From positions 45,446,001-45,510,000 of the forward strand of contig CM075979.1 of NCBI GenBank assembly GCA_038087875.1: a stretch of DNA of 64,000 nucleotides. The letters run 5' to 3'. The DNA is from Malacoraja senta. Lineage: Eukaryota. The notes under the pieces were generated by a model that was not told where the DNA came from, did no database searches, and was given only the letters and a program-made list of their open reading frames with translations. The position numbers and the translations under genes were made by a program. Shown one piece after another: positions 22,201 through 37,200 of this stretch (the first letter of the stretch is position 1; the number at the start of each line of letters is the position of its first letter).

Positions 22201-25200
22201 TTGCACTAAGCATAATTCCCTTATCATGCATCTGTACACTGTGAATGGCTTGATTGTAATCATGTATTGTCTTTCCACTGACTGGTTAGCACGCAACCAA
22301 AGCATTTGATGTACCTCATCACATGTGACAATAAACTAAAGTGAACTGAAACAGAACTGCCCACAACAGTCTAAATACAGTTGAAACCATGTCCTATGAA
22401 GCTGAATCATGACTTCCTGACTCTTATACTCAATGACCCAACCAATGAATGCAAGCACACCATGTGCCTACTTTATCATATTAATGTCTTCAGATGCTAA
22501 TGGTGCTAACATTCCTAACTCTGATGAAGAGACCCCAGCTTGAAAAAATGACCCTGTTCCATTCCCTGCCAATATTTTGGGACCTGCTTAGTGCTTCCAG
22601 TATTGTCTGCTTTTATTTTCCATCTCCAGCACCTGCAGTCTCTTCCTCTAATATTTAAATGTACATTTTTTAATGCAGCTCGACCAAACGTCAGTATATC
22701 GACACAGTCCATCACAAATGAGAAAGGTTCAGAAGTTTCTCTGACATGCAAAGCCAGTGGATTTTACCCTCGACCGATAAACATCACCTGGGTGAAGATA
22801 ACAGGAAGAAGAAATGTTTCCATGAATAACTATACAACACAAATCACTGCCAATGGTGATCGCACTTTCAATGCTGAGAGTAAACTGAAGATTCACCCGA
22901 CATTGAACGATAATGTTGATCAATACAGATGCGTAGTGAGACATCAAACATTCCTGAATGGTCTCATAATAGAACCTTCTCTCACCGTGCCAGGTGAGTT
23001 GAACACAGTGGGAGAGTCTAGGACCAGAGGCCACAGCCTCAGAATAAAAGGACGCACCTTTAGACAGGAGATGAGGAGGAATTTCTTTAGTCAGATGGTG
23101 GTGAATCTGTGGAATTCATTGCCACAGACGGCTGTGGAGGCCATGTCATTGGGCATTTTTAAGACAAATTGTCAGATTCTTGGTTAGTATGGGTGTTGGG
23201 GTTATGGGAGAAGGTAGGAGATTGGGATTGGGTGGGAAAGATAGATCAGCCATAATTGAAAGATGGAGTAGACTTGATGGGCTGAATGGCCTAATTCTGC
23301 TCCTATCATATGAATTTGAACTTATCTAAGCATTTGGCCCATATCCCTCTAAACGTTTCCTATCCATGTACTGTACAAAAATCGTTTAAATGCTGTTATA
23401 GTACCAGCCCCAACTCCCTCCTCTGGCAGCTGGTTCCATTTACCCACAGCCCTCTGAGTGTGATGTTTCCCCTCAGCTTCCTATTAAATCTTTCCCCACT
23501 CACCTATGTCCCCTGGTTCTTGATTCCCCTTGGCTGGGGGGTAAAAGTATCTGCATCCACCCCATCTATTCCCCTCATTTAAGAATTAAATAATTAGAGG
23601 TGTCAGCCTTTTGTAATGAGCGCTGATGTACATCATCCTTGAATAAAGTGAGGGGTCAGATGTGAAGTGCATCAGGACCCTCAGCTCTGGAGATAACTGC
23701 TTCACTGATGGAGTCAGTGTGTGGCTCAGCGGCAAAATGGATTCAGGGCAATGAGCAGTGTTCCACAGTTGAATCACCACCGGTTCAATGCTTGTCTGGT
23801 TATGTCTGACAAGTCAGGTTCTAGAATATTAATCTAGATACATACAACTTTGCGGATTGCCACATGTCTAGAAACTTGTACATAAAGGACCTCTGGTCAT
23901 TCCCAGAGTCTGGAACAGCACAGAATTGCATCAAGTAGAGTTGCTGCTTCATAGCTCCAGAGACCAGGTTTCAATCCTGACCACGGGTGCCGTCTGTGTG
24001 GAGTTTGCCCATGCTCCCTGTGACCACGTGGGTTTCCTCCAGTTTCCACCAGCATCGCAAGGACATGCAGGATTGTAGGTTAATCGGCCCTCTGTAAATT
24101 GCCGTTAGTAGTGTGGGATAATATAGAACTAGTGTGAACGGGTGATCGATGGTCGGCGTGGTCTTGGTGGGCTTTAGAGTCTGTTCAATCAATTCAATCT
24201 CTCAATTCAATTCAATGCAATTCATCAAATCAAGGATTATTAACACATTCCTGACCATTTAAGTCAATCTATTGCTTCTTTTATTCAAAGTCTGTGCAAT
24301 TTTATATATTTAAAATTTACAACACCCAGAAATCAAATTACGCTTTAATTATAATCTGCATCATGGTGACGATATGTATAATCCTTGGAATCTTAAATGC
24401 TACGGCTGTTTTACACCTGGGAAATAAACACAATAGGTACCATTTATGTACAGAACCTAGAACAGTACAGCACAGGAGCAGGCCCTTCGGCCCACAGTGT
24501 TGAACATGATGCCAAGATAAACTCATGTCCTCTGCCTGTGTGTGGTCCATGTCCCTCCATTCCCTGTATATCCATGTGCCTATTTATAAACCTCCCAAAT
24601 GCCACTATCGTATCTGCATCCACCACACATAGCAGTACATTCTCGGTATCCACTCTCTGTTTAAAAACTTGCCCTGTACATCTCGTTTAAACATTACTCT
24701 TCTCGCCTTAAAACTATGCTCTCCAGATTCTCACTATTACATCCTGGGTAAATATTCTGACTGTCTACCTTATCTATGTCTCTCATAATTCTATATACTT
24801 CCATCAGTTCTCCCCTCCACTTGCGTCATTCCAAAGAAAACAATCCAAATCTGTCCAACCTCTCAGTGTAGCTGATACCCCCTAATCCAAGCAGGCACTC
24901 TGATAACCCTCTTCTGCACCCTTTCCAAAGCCTCCACATCCTTCCTGTTATGGGGTGACCAGAACTACACCAATTCCATAAGGGAATACACCAATCTGGT
25001 AAGTAGAATAAGTTAGTGATACATTCTGTGGAATATTGTACATAAATCAAATTGCTGGAGGAACTCAATGGGTCAGGCAGCATCTGTGGAAGGAATGGAG
25101 AGGTGATGTTCCCGACCATAAACATCGTCTGTTCATTCCCTCCACAGATGCTGCCTGACCCACTGAGTTCCTCCAGCACTTTGTGTTTTGCTCAAGATTC

Positions 25201-28200
25201 CAGCATCTGCAGATTCTAGTGTCTCTGATGAATGTTGTGAATGGCCAAGTATATTTATTATTCACGTTTTCATAGATCTATGCCTGTTTTAACAGAACAT
25301 GGAAAATCTGGGCTGATTATTGGAGGCATCTGTGGCATCGGCATATTTCTCTGTGTTGTGTGCGTAGTATTTTATACCTGGAAGAAGAAATGTAAAGGTA
25401 AACACTTTTCCATCTTATAGCGATCAACAAAAAAAGTGAAAATTCTGACTGTCTACCCTGTCTATGCCTCTCATCATTTTATATACTTCCATCAGATCTC
25501 CCCTCAACCTCTGGCATTTCAGAGAAAGATATATTGTCCAGAAAGCTGGAATTGATCTGTGTATTTTTATACTTTTTAAACTGGCACCTAGTCAGCTTGT
25601 TTCCTGGCTAATTGTCTTGTTTATGTTGTTCAGGACAGGTAAATACAACGGACGGTGAAGACCCAAACCATACACCACTTATCGCCAAGACGGGCTCACA
25701 AACTGCACGAGGTAATTGATTATAGTGATTAATTATAACGAATACATGATTCCTATTCTTCCCACGACACACACAATTAGATGAAGTTTTAAGCCAAGTT
25801 TAGAAACATTAGCACAAAACCACAGGTGCTGTCTGTATGGAGTTTGCACGTTCTCTCTGTGACTGTGCGCGCTTTCTCCATGTTCATAAGTTCATGGGTT
25901 ATAGGTTATAGAACTTGGCCATTCATAATCAAAGAGTCCTACAGTAATACAACTTGGAAACAGGCCCTTCGGCCCACCTTGCCCACACTGGCCAACATGT
26001 CCCAGCTACATTAGTCCCAATGAGGGTGAAAGGCAAGCAATGAATCTGAAAATCTGGCAATGTGCAGGAAAATGGGAAGGTAATGCTTTTACTGAAACAT
26101 CAAGTCAACATTATTTGTCACATACACATACAAGATGTCCTGTGAAATGAGAGTGGCAATGCTTGTGGGATTGTGCAAAACAACAGAAAAGAACAGAACA
26201 GAACCAGTATTTACATTAAAAAAAGTAGATGCAACAGCATTTACGCCCTGGTGAGACCAGAGTTTACAGACCTAATGGCCTGTGGGAAGAAACTCTGTCT
26301 CATCCTCTCTGTTTTCACAGTGTGACAGCGGAGGCGCTTGCCTGACCTCAGCTGCTGGAACAGTCCGTTGCTGGGGTGGTAGGGGTCCTTCATGATGCTG
26401 CTGGCTCTGGATCTGCACCTCCTGGTGTATAGGTCCTGAAGGGGGGGTGTAGGGGGGGGGGGAGTGTAGTTCCCGTGGTGCGTTTGGCAGAACACACTAC
26501 TCTCTGCAGAGCCTTCCTGTCCTGGGCAGAGCTGTTACCAAACCAGATAGAGATGTATCTGGCAGGATGCTTTCTACAGCACCAGAGTAGAAGGAATGAA
26601 GGATCCTCACAAAGACTCTGAATTTCCTCAGCTGCCTGAGGTGGTAAAGGCACTGCCTTGCCTTTCTCACCAGTGTGGCAGTGTGTGTTGTCCATGTCAG
26701 ATCCTCTGTGATGTGGACTCCCAGGTATTTAAAGCTGCTCACCCTATCCACAGTAGTCCCATTAATCCCCAGTGGCGTGTACGTCCTCAGTTGTTGTGCC
26801 CTCCTAAAGTCCACGATCAGCTCCTTAGTTTTTGTGACATTCAAGAGGAAGCTGTTGTCCTGACACCAGAGTGCCAGGTCAGCTACCTCCTCCAGGTAGG
26901 CCTTCTCATCGTTATCGGATTTCAGGCCCACCACCACTGTGTCATCAGCAAACTTGATGATGGAGTTGGAGCTGAACCTGGGCACACAGTCATGTGTGTA
27001 CAGGGAGTACAGTAGGGGGATGAGGACGCAACCCTGGGGGGATCCTGTGTTCAGGGTGAGGGGGTTGGAGGTATGTCTCCCCATCTTGACCACCTGGGGC
27101 CTGGCGGTGAGAAAGTCCAGGACCCAGGCCCACAGGGGAGTGTTCAGCCCCAGTTCCAGCAGTTTATCAGCAAATCTGGTGGGGACTATGGTGTTGAAAG
27201 CTGAACTGAAATCAATGAACAGCATCCTCACATAGCCCCCCTTCTGGTCAAGGTGAGAGAGAGAGTGGTGTGCAGAACCTGGGAGACCACATCATCCGTG
27301 GACGGTTTGCGAACTGCAGCGGATCCATGGTACGAGGGAGGAAAGCGCAGATGTAGTCCTTGATCAGTCTCTCGAAGTATTTCATGACCACTGAGGTGAG
27401 GGCCACTGGTCGGTAGTTATCAAGCAGGCTGGAGATGCATTCTTAGGCACTGGGACAATAGTGGATCACTTGAAGCAGGCAGGGACCACGGACTTGACCA
27501 GGGAGAGGTTGAATATTGTGGTGAACACTGGAGCTAACTGATTAGCTACTTTAGTACTTGCCCAGATATACCATCTGGACCTACAGCTTTCCTCATGTTC
27601 ACATGCATCAGAGCCCTCCTCATGTCGTGCTTGGACACCGAGAATGTGTGCATATCCCCAGCGGTGGAACTCACTCCAGCCGCGTTAGCCAGCGCGTTGA
27701 TGATGTTGTTGTTAGCCGGCGAGCTAGGGGTGATGTTGCCACCTCAAATCGTGCATAGAAAAAGTTCAGGTCATCAGCTAAGGAGGTGCCGGCACTCCCG
27801 GTTGAGGGGGGGCTACTCTGGTCATTTGTTATAGACCGTAGCCCCTGCAACAGGCGTCTGGTGTCACGCTGCTCCATCTCTGACTCCATCCTGTCCCTGT
27901 ACCTCCTTTTTGCGTCCTTCACCGCCCTTCACAGTCTATAGGACTCTGCCTTGTAGTCATCCATGTTGCCGGATGCCAGGCCAGAGTTGTAAGCAGCGGT
28001 GCGAGCATCCAAAGCAACGTGAATGGACCTTTCCACCCAGGGTTGTTGGTTAGGAAAGATGCTAACGCTCACCGTGGGGATGATGTTGTCGACTAGTGAT
28101 GCTATGAAGTCTGTGACAGCTTCCGCAAACTCACTGACGTCTCTTGAACTTGATTGGAACATATTCCAGTCAACGTCACTCAGTGCATCCTGTAGCATGG

Positions 28201-31200
28201 CCTCTAAATGGTCAGACCACCGCTTTACATCCTTCGTCACTGCCGCTTCCCGTACTATCCGTTGTTTATACTCCGGCACCAGGAAAATGGCAGCATGGTC
28301 AGATTTTCCAAAAGGAGGGAGAGAAACGGCTTTGTATCCTTTCTTGAACGGTGTGTAACAGTGGTCCATAGTTCTTTCCCCCCTGGTGACACACGTGATG
28401 AGTTGGCAGAAGTAAGGTATAATATTTTTGAGATTCGCCCTATGAAACCCCCCAGCCACCACCATAGCCGCGTCAGGATGCTTGTTCTGATGCCGACATA
28501 ACACATCGATGTCGGACCGATAGTGCCGCGTCAGTGTCTGCATGTGGTGGTATGTAGACGGCTGCTATGATGACTCAGCTGAACTCCCGGGGAAGGTAGA
28601 ATGGACGGCATGAGATCGTCAGATTTTCCAGGTCCGACGAGCAGGAACGGGAAAGCATCTTAATATCCTTATGGTTGCACCAGTTGTTGTTGGTCATGAA
28701 GCAAATCCCTCCACCCTTGGATTTTCCGGACTCTATCCGCACGAAAAACAGAAGGACGATCACTTGATCCAAGTGATGACTACTATGAAACATAGATCAT
28801 AGAACTGTACAGCACAGGAACAGGCCCTTCAGCCCACAATGTCTGTGCTGAACATGATGCCAAGAACATCAATTAGCTAACTGCACATAACCCATATCCC
28901 TCCATTCCCAGCATATCCGTGTCTATCCAAAAGTCTGTTAAATGCCACTATCATATCAGCCTCCACCACCACCCCTGGCCGTGCGTTCTAGTCAACCACC
29001 ATCCACTGTTTATAAAACCTACCCCACACATCTTCAACATTTGCCCTTCTCATCTTAAAACTGTGCCCTCTAGTATATGATTTTTCCATCCTGGGAAAAA
29101 GCTGCTGATAGTCTATCCACGATTAATTTTATTTACTTCTATCAGGAAAATTCGCAAATATGCCAAATTTACTGTTTGGATCCCCACACATTTATGCCTG
29201 GTACATCTGATCTGTCTCACCCGAAACATCACCTTTTTGGTCACGTCTTAAAAATACTCAATCAGATTTGTGAGACACAATCTCCCACATACAAAACCAT
29301 GCTGACTATCCCAAATCAGCCCTTGTCTGTCTAAATGTCTATATATCCTATCCCTCAGAATACTATCTGGTAACTTTCCAACTACAGATGTTAAGCTCAC
29401 TGCCCTATAGATCCCAGCATTTTCCCTGCAGCCCTTCTTGAATAGAGGCACCCTCCAGTCTTCCGGCACCTCTCCTGTATTTAAAGAAGACTCGTAAATT
29501 TCAACCAGGGCTCCCACAATTTCCTCTCTGGTTTCCCACAATGTCCGCGGATATATCTGATCAGGCCCTGGAGATTTGTCTACCTACATACACTACACAT
29601 TTGGCCCTTCAAGTCTACTCCGCCATTCAATCATGCTGATCTATCTTTCCCTCTCAACCCCAATCACTTGCTTTCTCCCCATAAACCTTGACATCGTTTT
29701 CTATGGTTTTCCTCACACATCCCTAAGACGTGTGGGTTTGTCAGTTAATTGGCCCTCTGGAAATTGCCCCTAGTGTGGAGGGAGTCGATGAGAAAGTGGG
29801 ATAACACAAAACTACTGGGTGATCGGTGGTCATTGTGGACTCAGTGGGTTACGTGCTGGCTTCTGTAAATGCCCCCAGTGTTTAGGATAGGACTAGTGTA
29901 TGGAGTGGTTACTGGTGGACATGGACTCTGTGGGTCGAAGAACTGTTCCCGTGCTGTATCTCTAAACTAAACTAAGTTTAAATGAATGAAGTTTGTAAAT
30001 TATATGCAAGGAATAATGCGTTGGACAATAATGGAGTAAAATGGAACATTACCTTTACATTGCATTTAATTTTGTTTGTGTCTATCTTTCAGCTCCTGCA
30101 ATTAGTGATATGAAGAATCAGTATGAAGTTGTACATGGTGAAACTGCTGATGTGAGCTGGGATGTGACCATGACTACTCTGGTGCCAATGGATATTGTTA
30201 TATCACTGAAGAGGACAGAGCAGAAAACAATTACATTATTTCACTGGCAGTTGTCAGCAGAACAATTGCAGGAACCAAAAAGGGTGACACAACCTCTAAC
30301 TAAACTGAATTCATGCAATCAAGATAAATCCTTCTCTGCAGATCAGCCTGAATTACAAACTACCCATCCGGGTCTTTCACACATTCACTGCTGTATTAAG
30401 GTGCAGCCTAATTTATCCACGGACGATGCCGCTCAGATCAATATTGAACACAAATCAAACACTCCAGACGCCACTTGGTCTGAAATGCATACTACAGTCC
30501 TCAAAGTTACCTCAGGTAATATCTAATAATGCCTTGTACATTCTCATCTAAACCATTGATATAGATAACAAACAGCAATGGGAGGCACACCACCAGACAG
30601 GGTCTCTAGTCCAAAAAAGGTCCCAACCCGAAAGATTACCTATCCATGTTTTCCACAGATGCTACTTGACCCACTTACTCCAACACTTTGTGTCCATGTT
30701 TTTGTAAACAAGCATCTACAGTTCCTTGTATCTGTCACTGTCACCCTCTGCTTCTGATGGGCTGAATGGCCTAATTCTGCTCCAAAAACGTATGAACTTC
30801 AGGCCAATTCTGCATCCTACACTAATCCAATTCTCTATTCCCCTTCATATACTTATACAAACTCGTTGCATTCTCCTTAATCTTCTCAGCCAAAGTGATC
30901 TCATGCCTTCTCTTCGTCGTTCCAATTTCCTTCCGAAGTAACTCCTACATCCCGATGCTCCTCCAGGGATTCACGTGATCCCAGCTCTTCTTTCTGGTCC
31001 ATTCCTCCTTTTCTCCAGCCGGAACCACAATATCTCTTGTATTCCAGGCTTCCCCAGTCCGTGCTGACCAGTGATCCCCATACATAGCACTATCCCACAC
31101 ATCAGGGACAATTTGTACCAAAGCCAATTAACCTACAAACCTGTACATCTATGGAGTGCGGGAGCAAACCAGAGCAGCCGGAGAAATCCCCACGCGGTCA

Positions 31201-34200
31201 CGGTGAGAACGTCCAAACTCGATACAGACAGCGTCCATAGTCAGAATCGATCCCGGGTCTCTGGCGCTGTAAGGCAACAACTCATCCACTGCTCCATCGT
31301 GCCATTCCTAATTTGCTTTTGGTAAAATTGTAAATAGTCATTAATGTGTAGGATAGTGTTAGTGTACGGGGTGATCACTGGTCAGCGCGGACTCGGTGGG
31401 CTGAAGGGCTGTGTCTCTAAAGTCTAAAGACAAATGAGGTTCATAATGAAGAAGAGTTGAAGGTATTTTCTGCAGGAGTGAGATACAGATCCTTCGGCAG
31501 ATGAAGACTTCACTGTGGGGAAGAATAATAAAGCTCCTCGAGGTGTGATCCAGCTTCTCACATACCTTGTCTCAGGCTGTGTTGCCATTATCACATCAGA
31601 GAGACTTTCTTTTGTTTAAATGCAGTGCCCAAGTCAGATGCTGCCACGGGGAGTTGTGATGAAGGTGAACAACAGATAGAGAGGCAGGATACCCAAAATG
31701 CAGGAGCAAGTGAAGGTAAGGCTTTTCTCAAAGCATCCAGAGTATTGTTGTCCTTTCAGTGGCATTTGATGTCCAGCCATTGTCTGCAGACTGTACATGA
31801 TTTATATTTAGTTACTCTCTGCAAATATTATATACAATATTCAGGTCAATGCTCAAATATGTGGAATTTTCTGTTTGGGACTACATGCATTCAAGTTCAG
31901 TTGTTGTCACCTTGCTGTGTTTTAATACAGCGCCTGATTCAGATGTCGCAACAAGAAGTATTGATGAAGGTAAAATGGAAAAAGAGAATCTGGAAAATCA
32001 AAGTGCAGGAAAACAGGAAGGTAATGCTTTTGCTGAAATATAGAACATAGAACAGTGCAGCACAGGAACTTCAGCCCACAATATCTGTGCTGGACATGAT
32101 GCCAAGACCATTACTTATCTACCTGCACATAACCCATATCCCTCTATTCCCAGCTTATCCGTGCATATCCAAAAGCCTCATGAATGCCATTATCGTATCT
32201 GCCTCCACCACCACCCCTGGCAGCGCGTTCCAGTCACCCACCACCCTCTGAGTATAAAACCTGCCCCACACATAGTCATAGTCACAGAGTCATAGTGTGG
32301 AACACTAGAGGGTGTGAGCTACAGGGAGAGGTTGAGTACTCTGGGACTCCATTCCTTGGTGTGCAGGAGAATGATGCGTGTTCTTGCAGAGGTGTATAGG
32401 ATCATGAGAGGAATATATCGGGTAGATGCACAGAGTCTCTTGCCCAGAATAGGTGAATCGAGAACCAGAGGACATAGGTTTAAGGTGAAAGGGAAAAGAT
32501 CTGAGGGATACATTTTTTACACAGAGGGTGGTGGGTGTATGGAACTAGCTTCCAGAGAAGGTAGTTAAGACAGGGACTATCAAAAAATTTAAGAAACTGT
32601 TTGACAGGTACATGGACAGGTTTGGAGGGATATTGTAACAATATCCATGTAATTTATGCGTAAGAGCTGTACTTATTCTTGCACATGCTCAGTAAATCAG
32701 TCAGTGACCTTTGACTTGGAAATAAATCATTTCTGTTTTTGATCCCAACACGAGTGTGTGTGCAGCCATCTTTCTCTGTATATTATGTGCTAGTTTAATT
32801 ATTTTGTAAGCAGACATATGTATGAAAATTATGCAGTGATAACAGAACTGGATAAGAAAGAGAAACCGTATCAAAAAGCAGTATTCCTGCATTCCTTTGG
32901 ACCGGAAGGACTGCAAATCTTCAATACCCTGACATTCGAAACGGTAGCAGATGAGACGGATGTGAAAGTCATCTTCGACAAGATGTCCATCATCATCATA
33001 GGAGAGATGAATGAAACGTATGAAAGATTCATTTTCAATAAACGAGACCAGAAACCAGGGGAAAGCATTGAATCGTATGTTGTAGAGCTGAAGGAGTTTG
33101 CTAAAACATGCAACTTCTGTGAGTGCCTGAGAGAAAGCCTCATTCGAGATCACATCGTCATTGGTATTGAGGACCAGTCAACTAGGAAGACACTCCTTCA
33201 GAAGAGGAATCTGACACTGCAAGGGATTGTGGACATATGTAGATCCTTGGAGGTAACAGCGGCAAGAATGCAGGTCATCGGCGAAGAGCCGACAATACAC
33301 AAGTTGGAACGATTCAAGGCAGTGTAAACTACTTGGCAAGATTCCTGCCAATGTTGTTGGACACATTCGAGCCATTGAGGAGATTGACCCACAAGGAAGC
33401 AGAGTGGGAATGGTCATCAGAACATGACATGGCAATGTCAAAGATCAAGGTGCTGTTGACAACGGCACCTATCCTGGCGTACTACACACCAGACGAACAG
33501 CTGACCATACAATGTGATGCAAGCAAGGCAGGTCTAGGTGCAACACTTATGCAGAAAGGACACTCCACTTACTTTGGTAAATATATATGCCCCTAACTTT
33601 GATAACCCCCACTTTTTCAATAAAATCTTCAATATAATTGCAGAGTCAAACTATCAAAATGTTATAATAGGCGGAGACTTTAACTGTGTTTTAGATCCGT
33701 ACTTAGATAAATCAAGTCAAAAACAGAGAGGGAATATGAAATCGAAAACTGGGGAACTCCTCAATACCTACATAAATAACACTAATATAGCAGATGTTTG
33801 GAGAATTGTGAATCCAACTGGCAGGGAATATTCGTTTTACTCAATGGTACATAAGACATACTCACGTATAGACTACTTTCTGCTGGATACAAAATTAATT
33901 CCCCAAACATCTAATGCAATATATCATACAAATTCAATTTCAGACCATTCTCCACTAACTTTCTTTTTAAAACTGGAAGGATTGTCTAAGAATAATTCAT
34001 TCTGGAGATTTAACTCTCAAATTCTAAAAGATCCACAAGCGAGTATATATTTAAAAGAACAAATGGAGGTCTTTTTTCAAACAAATGATACTTCAGATAT
34101 ATCGCCTACTTTACTTTGGGAATCTTTTAAAGCATACATTAGGGGTATTATAATTTCATATCAAGCTTTTCAAAATAAAAAGAATAAGAATGAACAAAGA

Positions 34201-37200
34201 CAGTTAGAAGAACTTATTAGACAAATGGATATAGATAATGCTAAAGATCCATCAATAGATAAACATAATAAAATAATAATTTTAAAATTTAAATTAAATA
34301 AATTATTATCTGCCAAACTTATAAGACTTTTTCAAATTACAAAACAAGAGCACTTTGAATTTGGGGATAAACCGCATAAACTTTTGGCTCGCCAGCTAAA
34401 AAAACGAGAAAAGGAACATACTATACCAAAGATCAAATCAGATAAAGGGGAATTATTAACAACACCGAAGGATATTAATAAAAGATTTGCGCAATTTTAC
34501 GAGAATTTGTATACATCTAAAACGATAATTGATTCCAATAATATCACAAAGTTCTTGGATACCTGTAATCTTCCAAAGTTAGAGCTGAAGGAACAAGCGG
34601 AACTGGGTGCACAAATTTCAATTAAGGAATTAGAAGATACAATAAACTCACTAAAAAATGGAAAAACACCAGGCCCTGATGGATTTACTAATGAATTTTA
34701 TAAAAGCTTTTATGATAAAATAATACCAAGATTACAAAAAATGTACCAATACGCTTTTAAAAAACGAATACTACCTGATACATTAGCGGAATCAACGATT
34801 ACATTAATACCTAAGAAAAATAAGGATTTAGAAGAACCTGGCTCATATAGAGCTATAGCATTGTTAAACACAGATCAAAAAATATTAGCGAAAACATTAG
34901 CCAGAAGATTAAGTAAATACATTAGTAAATTAATAAACCCAGATCAGACAGGGTTTATCCCTAAGTGATACTCCTCTAATAATATGAGACGTCTACTCAA
35001 CATAATGCACTCACACAAATCTGAAGATCAAGAATTATCAATTATTTCGCTGGATGCTGAAAAAGCATTTGATCAAGTAGAATGGAATTATATGGATAAA
35101 GTATTACAAAAATTTCAACTGGGAGAGAATTTTATTTTATGGATTAAGTTACTATATAACAAACCTACAGCTAGAATACTTACTAATAACATATTATCCT
35201 CGAAATTTCAACTATCAAGGGGAAATAGACAAGGATGCTCATTATCACCACAGCTGTTTGCTCTCATTATTGAACCGCTAGCAGAAAAAATTAGAATACA
35301 CCCTGATATTCATGGATATAATACTAAAGACTCATATAATAAAATATCTTTATACGCGGATGATATATTATTGTATATTACAAAACCTCAAATCACTATA
35401 CCAAATATATTAAATTTAATTGAAGACTTCGGATCTTTTTCTGGATATAGAATAAATTGGAATAAAAGTGAAATTATGTCAATAAAACCGAAAGATTCAA
35501 CACATCTTTTAAAATTCCCTTTTAAAATAGCTACAGAAAAATTTAAATATTTGGGAATCGAAATTACCAGAGCATATCAAGGTATGCTCAGGGCAAATTT
35601 TGACCCCCTACTTAATAAACTGAATACATTAATTAAATTCTGGAAAACGCTTCCGATGTCTTTAATAGGCCGAATAAACGCAATAAAAATGATCTTTTTA
35701 CCACAAATTTTATACCTATTTCAATCAATTCCTATATACTTACCTAAGAAGTTTTTTAAAAAACTCGACTCAGATATCACTAATTTTATATGGGACTATA
35801 AATCACATAGAATACAAAAAACCCATCTGAATAAATCTAAAGTATTGGGGGGTCTAGCACTACCTAATTTTATGTATTATTATTGGTCAGTAAATATTAA
35901 AAACATGATTCAACTGATGGATAACTCCGCCCAGCAAGTAGACTGGATTGTAATGGAGAAAGAGGATTGCTCCTCTAGAAACATTGGAGCGATCCTCCTC
36001 TCTCCAATGAAATTGAATAACATAAACTATAATAAGAACCCAATTATTCATAGTACAATCCGTATTTGGAAACAAATAAAACAAAATTTAAAATTAAGAA
36101 ACTTATCACTTTTATTACCTATAGTCAATAACCCTTCGTTTAGTCCTTCTATTATAGATAAAGCTTATACACAATGGGATAGACTAGGAATGAAAACGCT
36201 TGGTGACTTGTATGAAACTGGAAAATTACTTTCATTTCAACAATTACAAATAAAATATAAACTCGGAAATAATCAATATTTTAAATACTTTCAAATATGC
36301 GACTATTTGAAAAAATATATAAAAGATCATCATAATAACCCAGCAGATGTACTGGACGAGGCAATGCAGATAAAAGCGGAATCAGCAAACTTAATATCAT
36401 ATTTGTACAATATTATCTTAAATGCACAAATACCATCTACGGAGGGTATCAGAAGAGACTGGGAACAAGAGTTAGCTATTAAAATTTCAAAGGAAAGTTG
36501 GAATGAATACTTATTAAAAGTGCATAAATGCTCGATTAATGTAAGACACACTTTAATACAATTTAAAATTTTACATAGATTATATTATTCGAAAACTAAA
36601 ATTCATAAAATTTTCCCAAACGTATCATCTATTTGTGATAAATGTCAATCCCAAGAAGCAACTATAGCGCACTCATTTGTCTTCTGTACAAAAATTCAAA
36701 AATTTTGGAATGAAATTTTTGAAATCTTTACAAAGTTATTTAAAACAAGACTGATACCCAAAGCAGAATGGATTATCTTCGGAATAACGGAAGATGATCC
36801 AGAATTAAATGTGTTTCAAAAGAAATTAATGGATTATGGGTTAATAACTGGAAAAAAGCTAATTCTAAAATTTTGGAAGAAGGCTCCAATACCAACTATA
36901 AATATGTGGATTTCAAATATGTTTGAAACATTACACCTTGAAGAGATAAGACTCCTCCTAGCAGGTAAACCAGATCACTTCCACCTAACGTGGTCTGCAT
37001 TTATAGAATTATTACAAACATAGGGTGCAAAAGTACTTTAAAAAAAATAAAAAAAATTGAGGTCGGGTAAGGGGGGATGATAGTTGAAGAGTTGGTATGT
37101 CCTATTTACGTGATGCTCAAAAAAAAACATTTGTTTCTCTTTTTTTTCTCTTTCTCTTTTCTTTTCTTAGGGCCTATTTCTTAACTCTTTTTCTTTTTGT

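Noticed and set aside
22994-23187. C-terminal extension of the C1 ORF ([20 protein letters not shown]...)
   Set aside because: Read-through past a consensus GTGAGT donor into a CR1 fragment. The same applies to the V-exon extension 19070-19158.
23930-24225. tRNA-like head as a functional RNA gene
   Set aside because: Head of a multi-copy V-SINE-type repeat, decayed and followed by SINE core and tail.
31625-32050. Single 141-aa ORF, and similar ORFs 31849, 50408, 54129
   Set aside because: These read through introns between or around the 90-nt exons; splice sites define the real coding parts.
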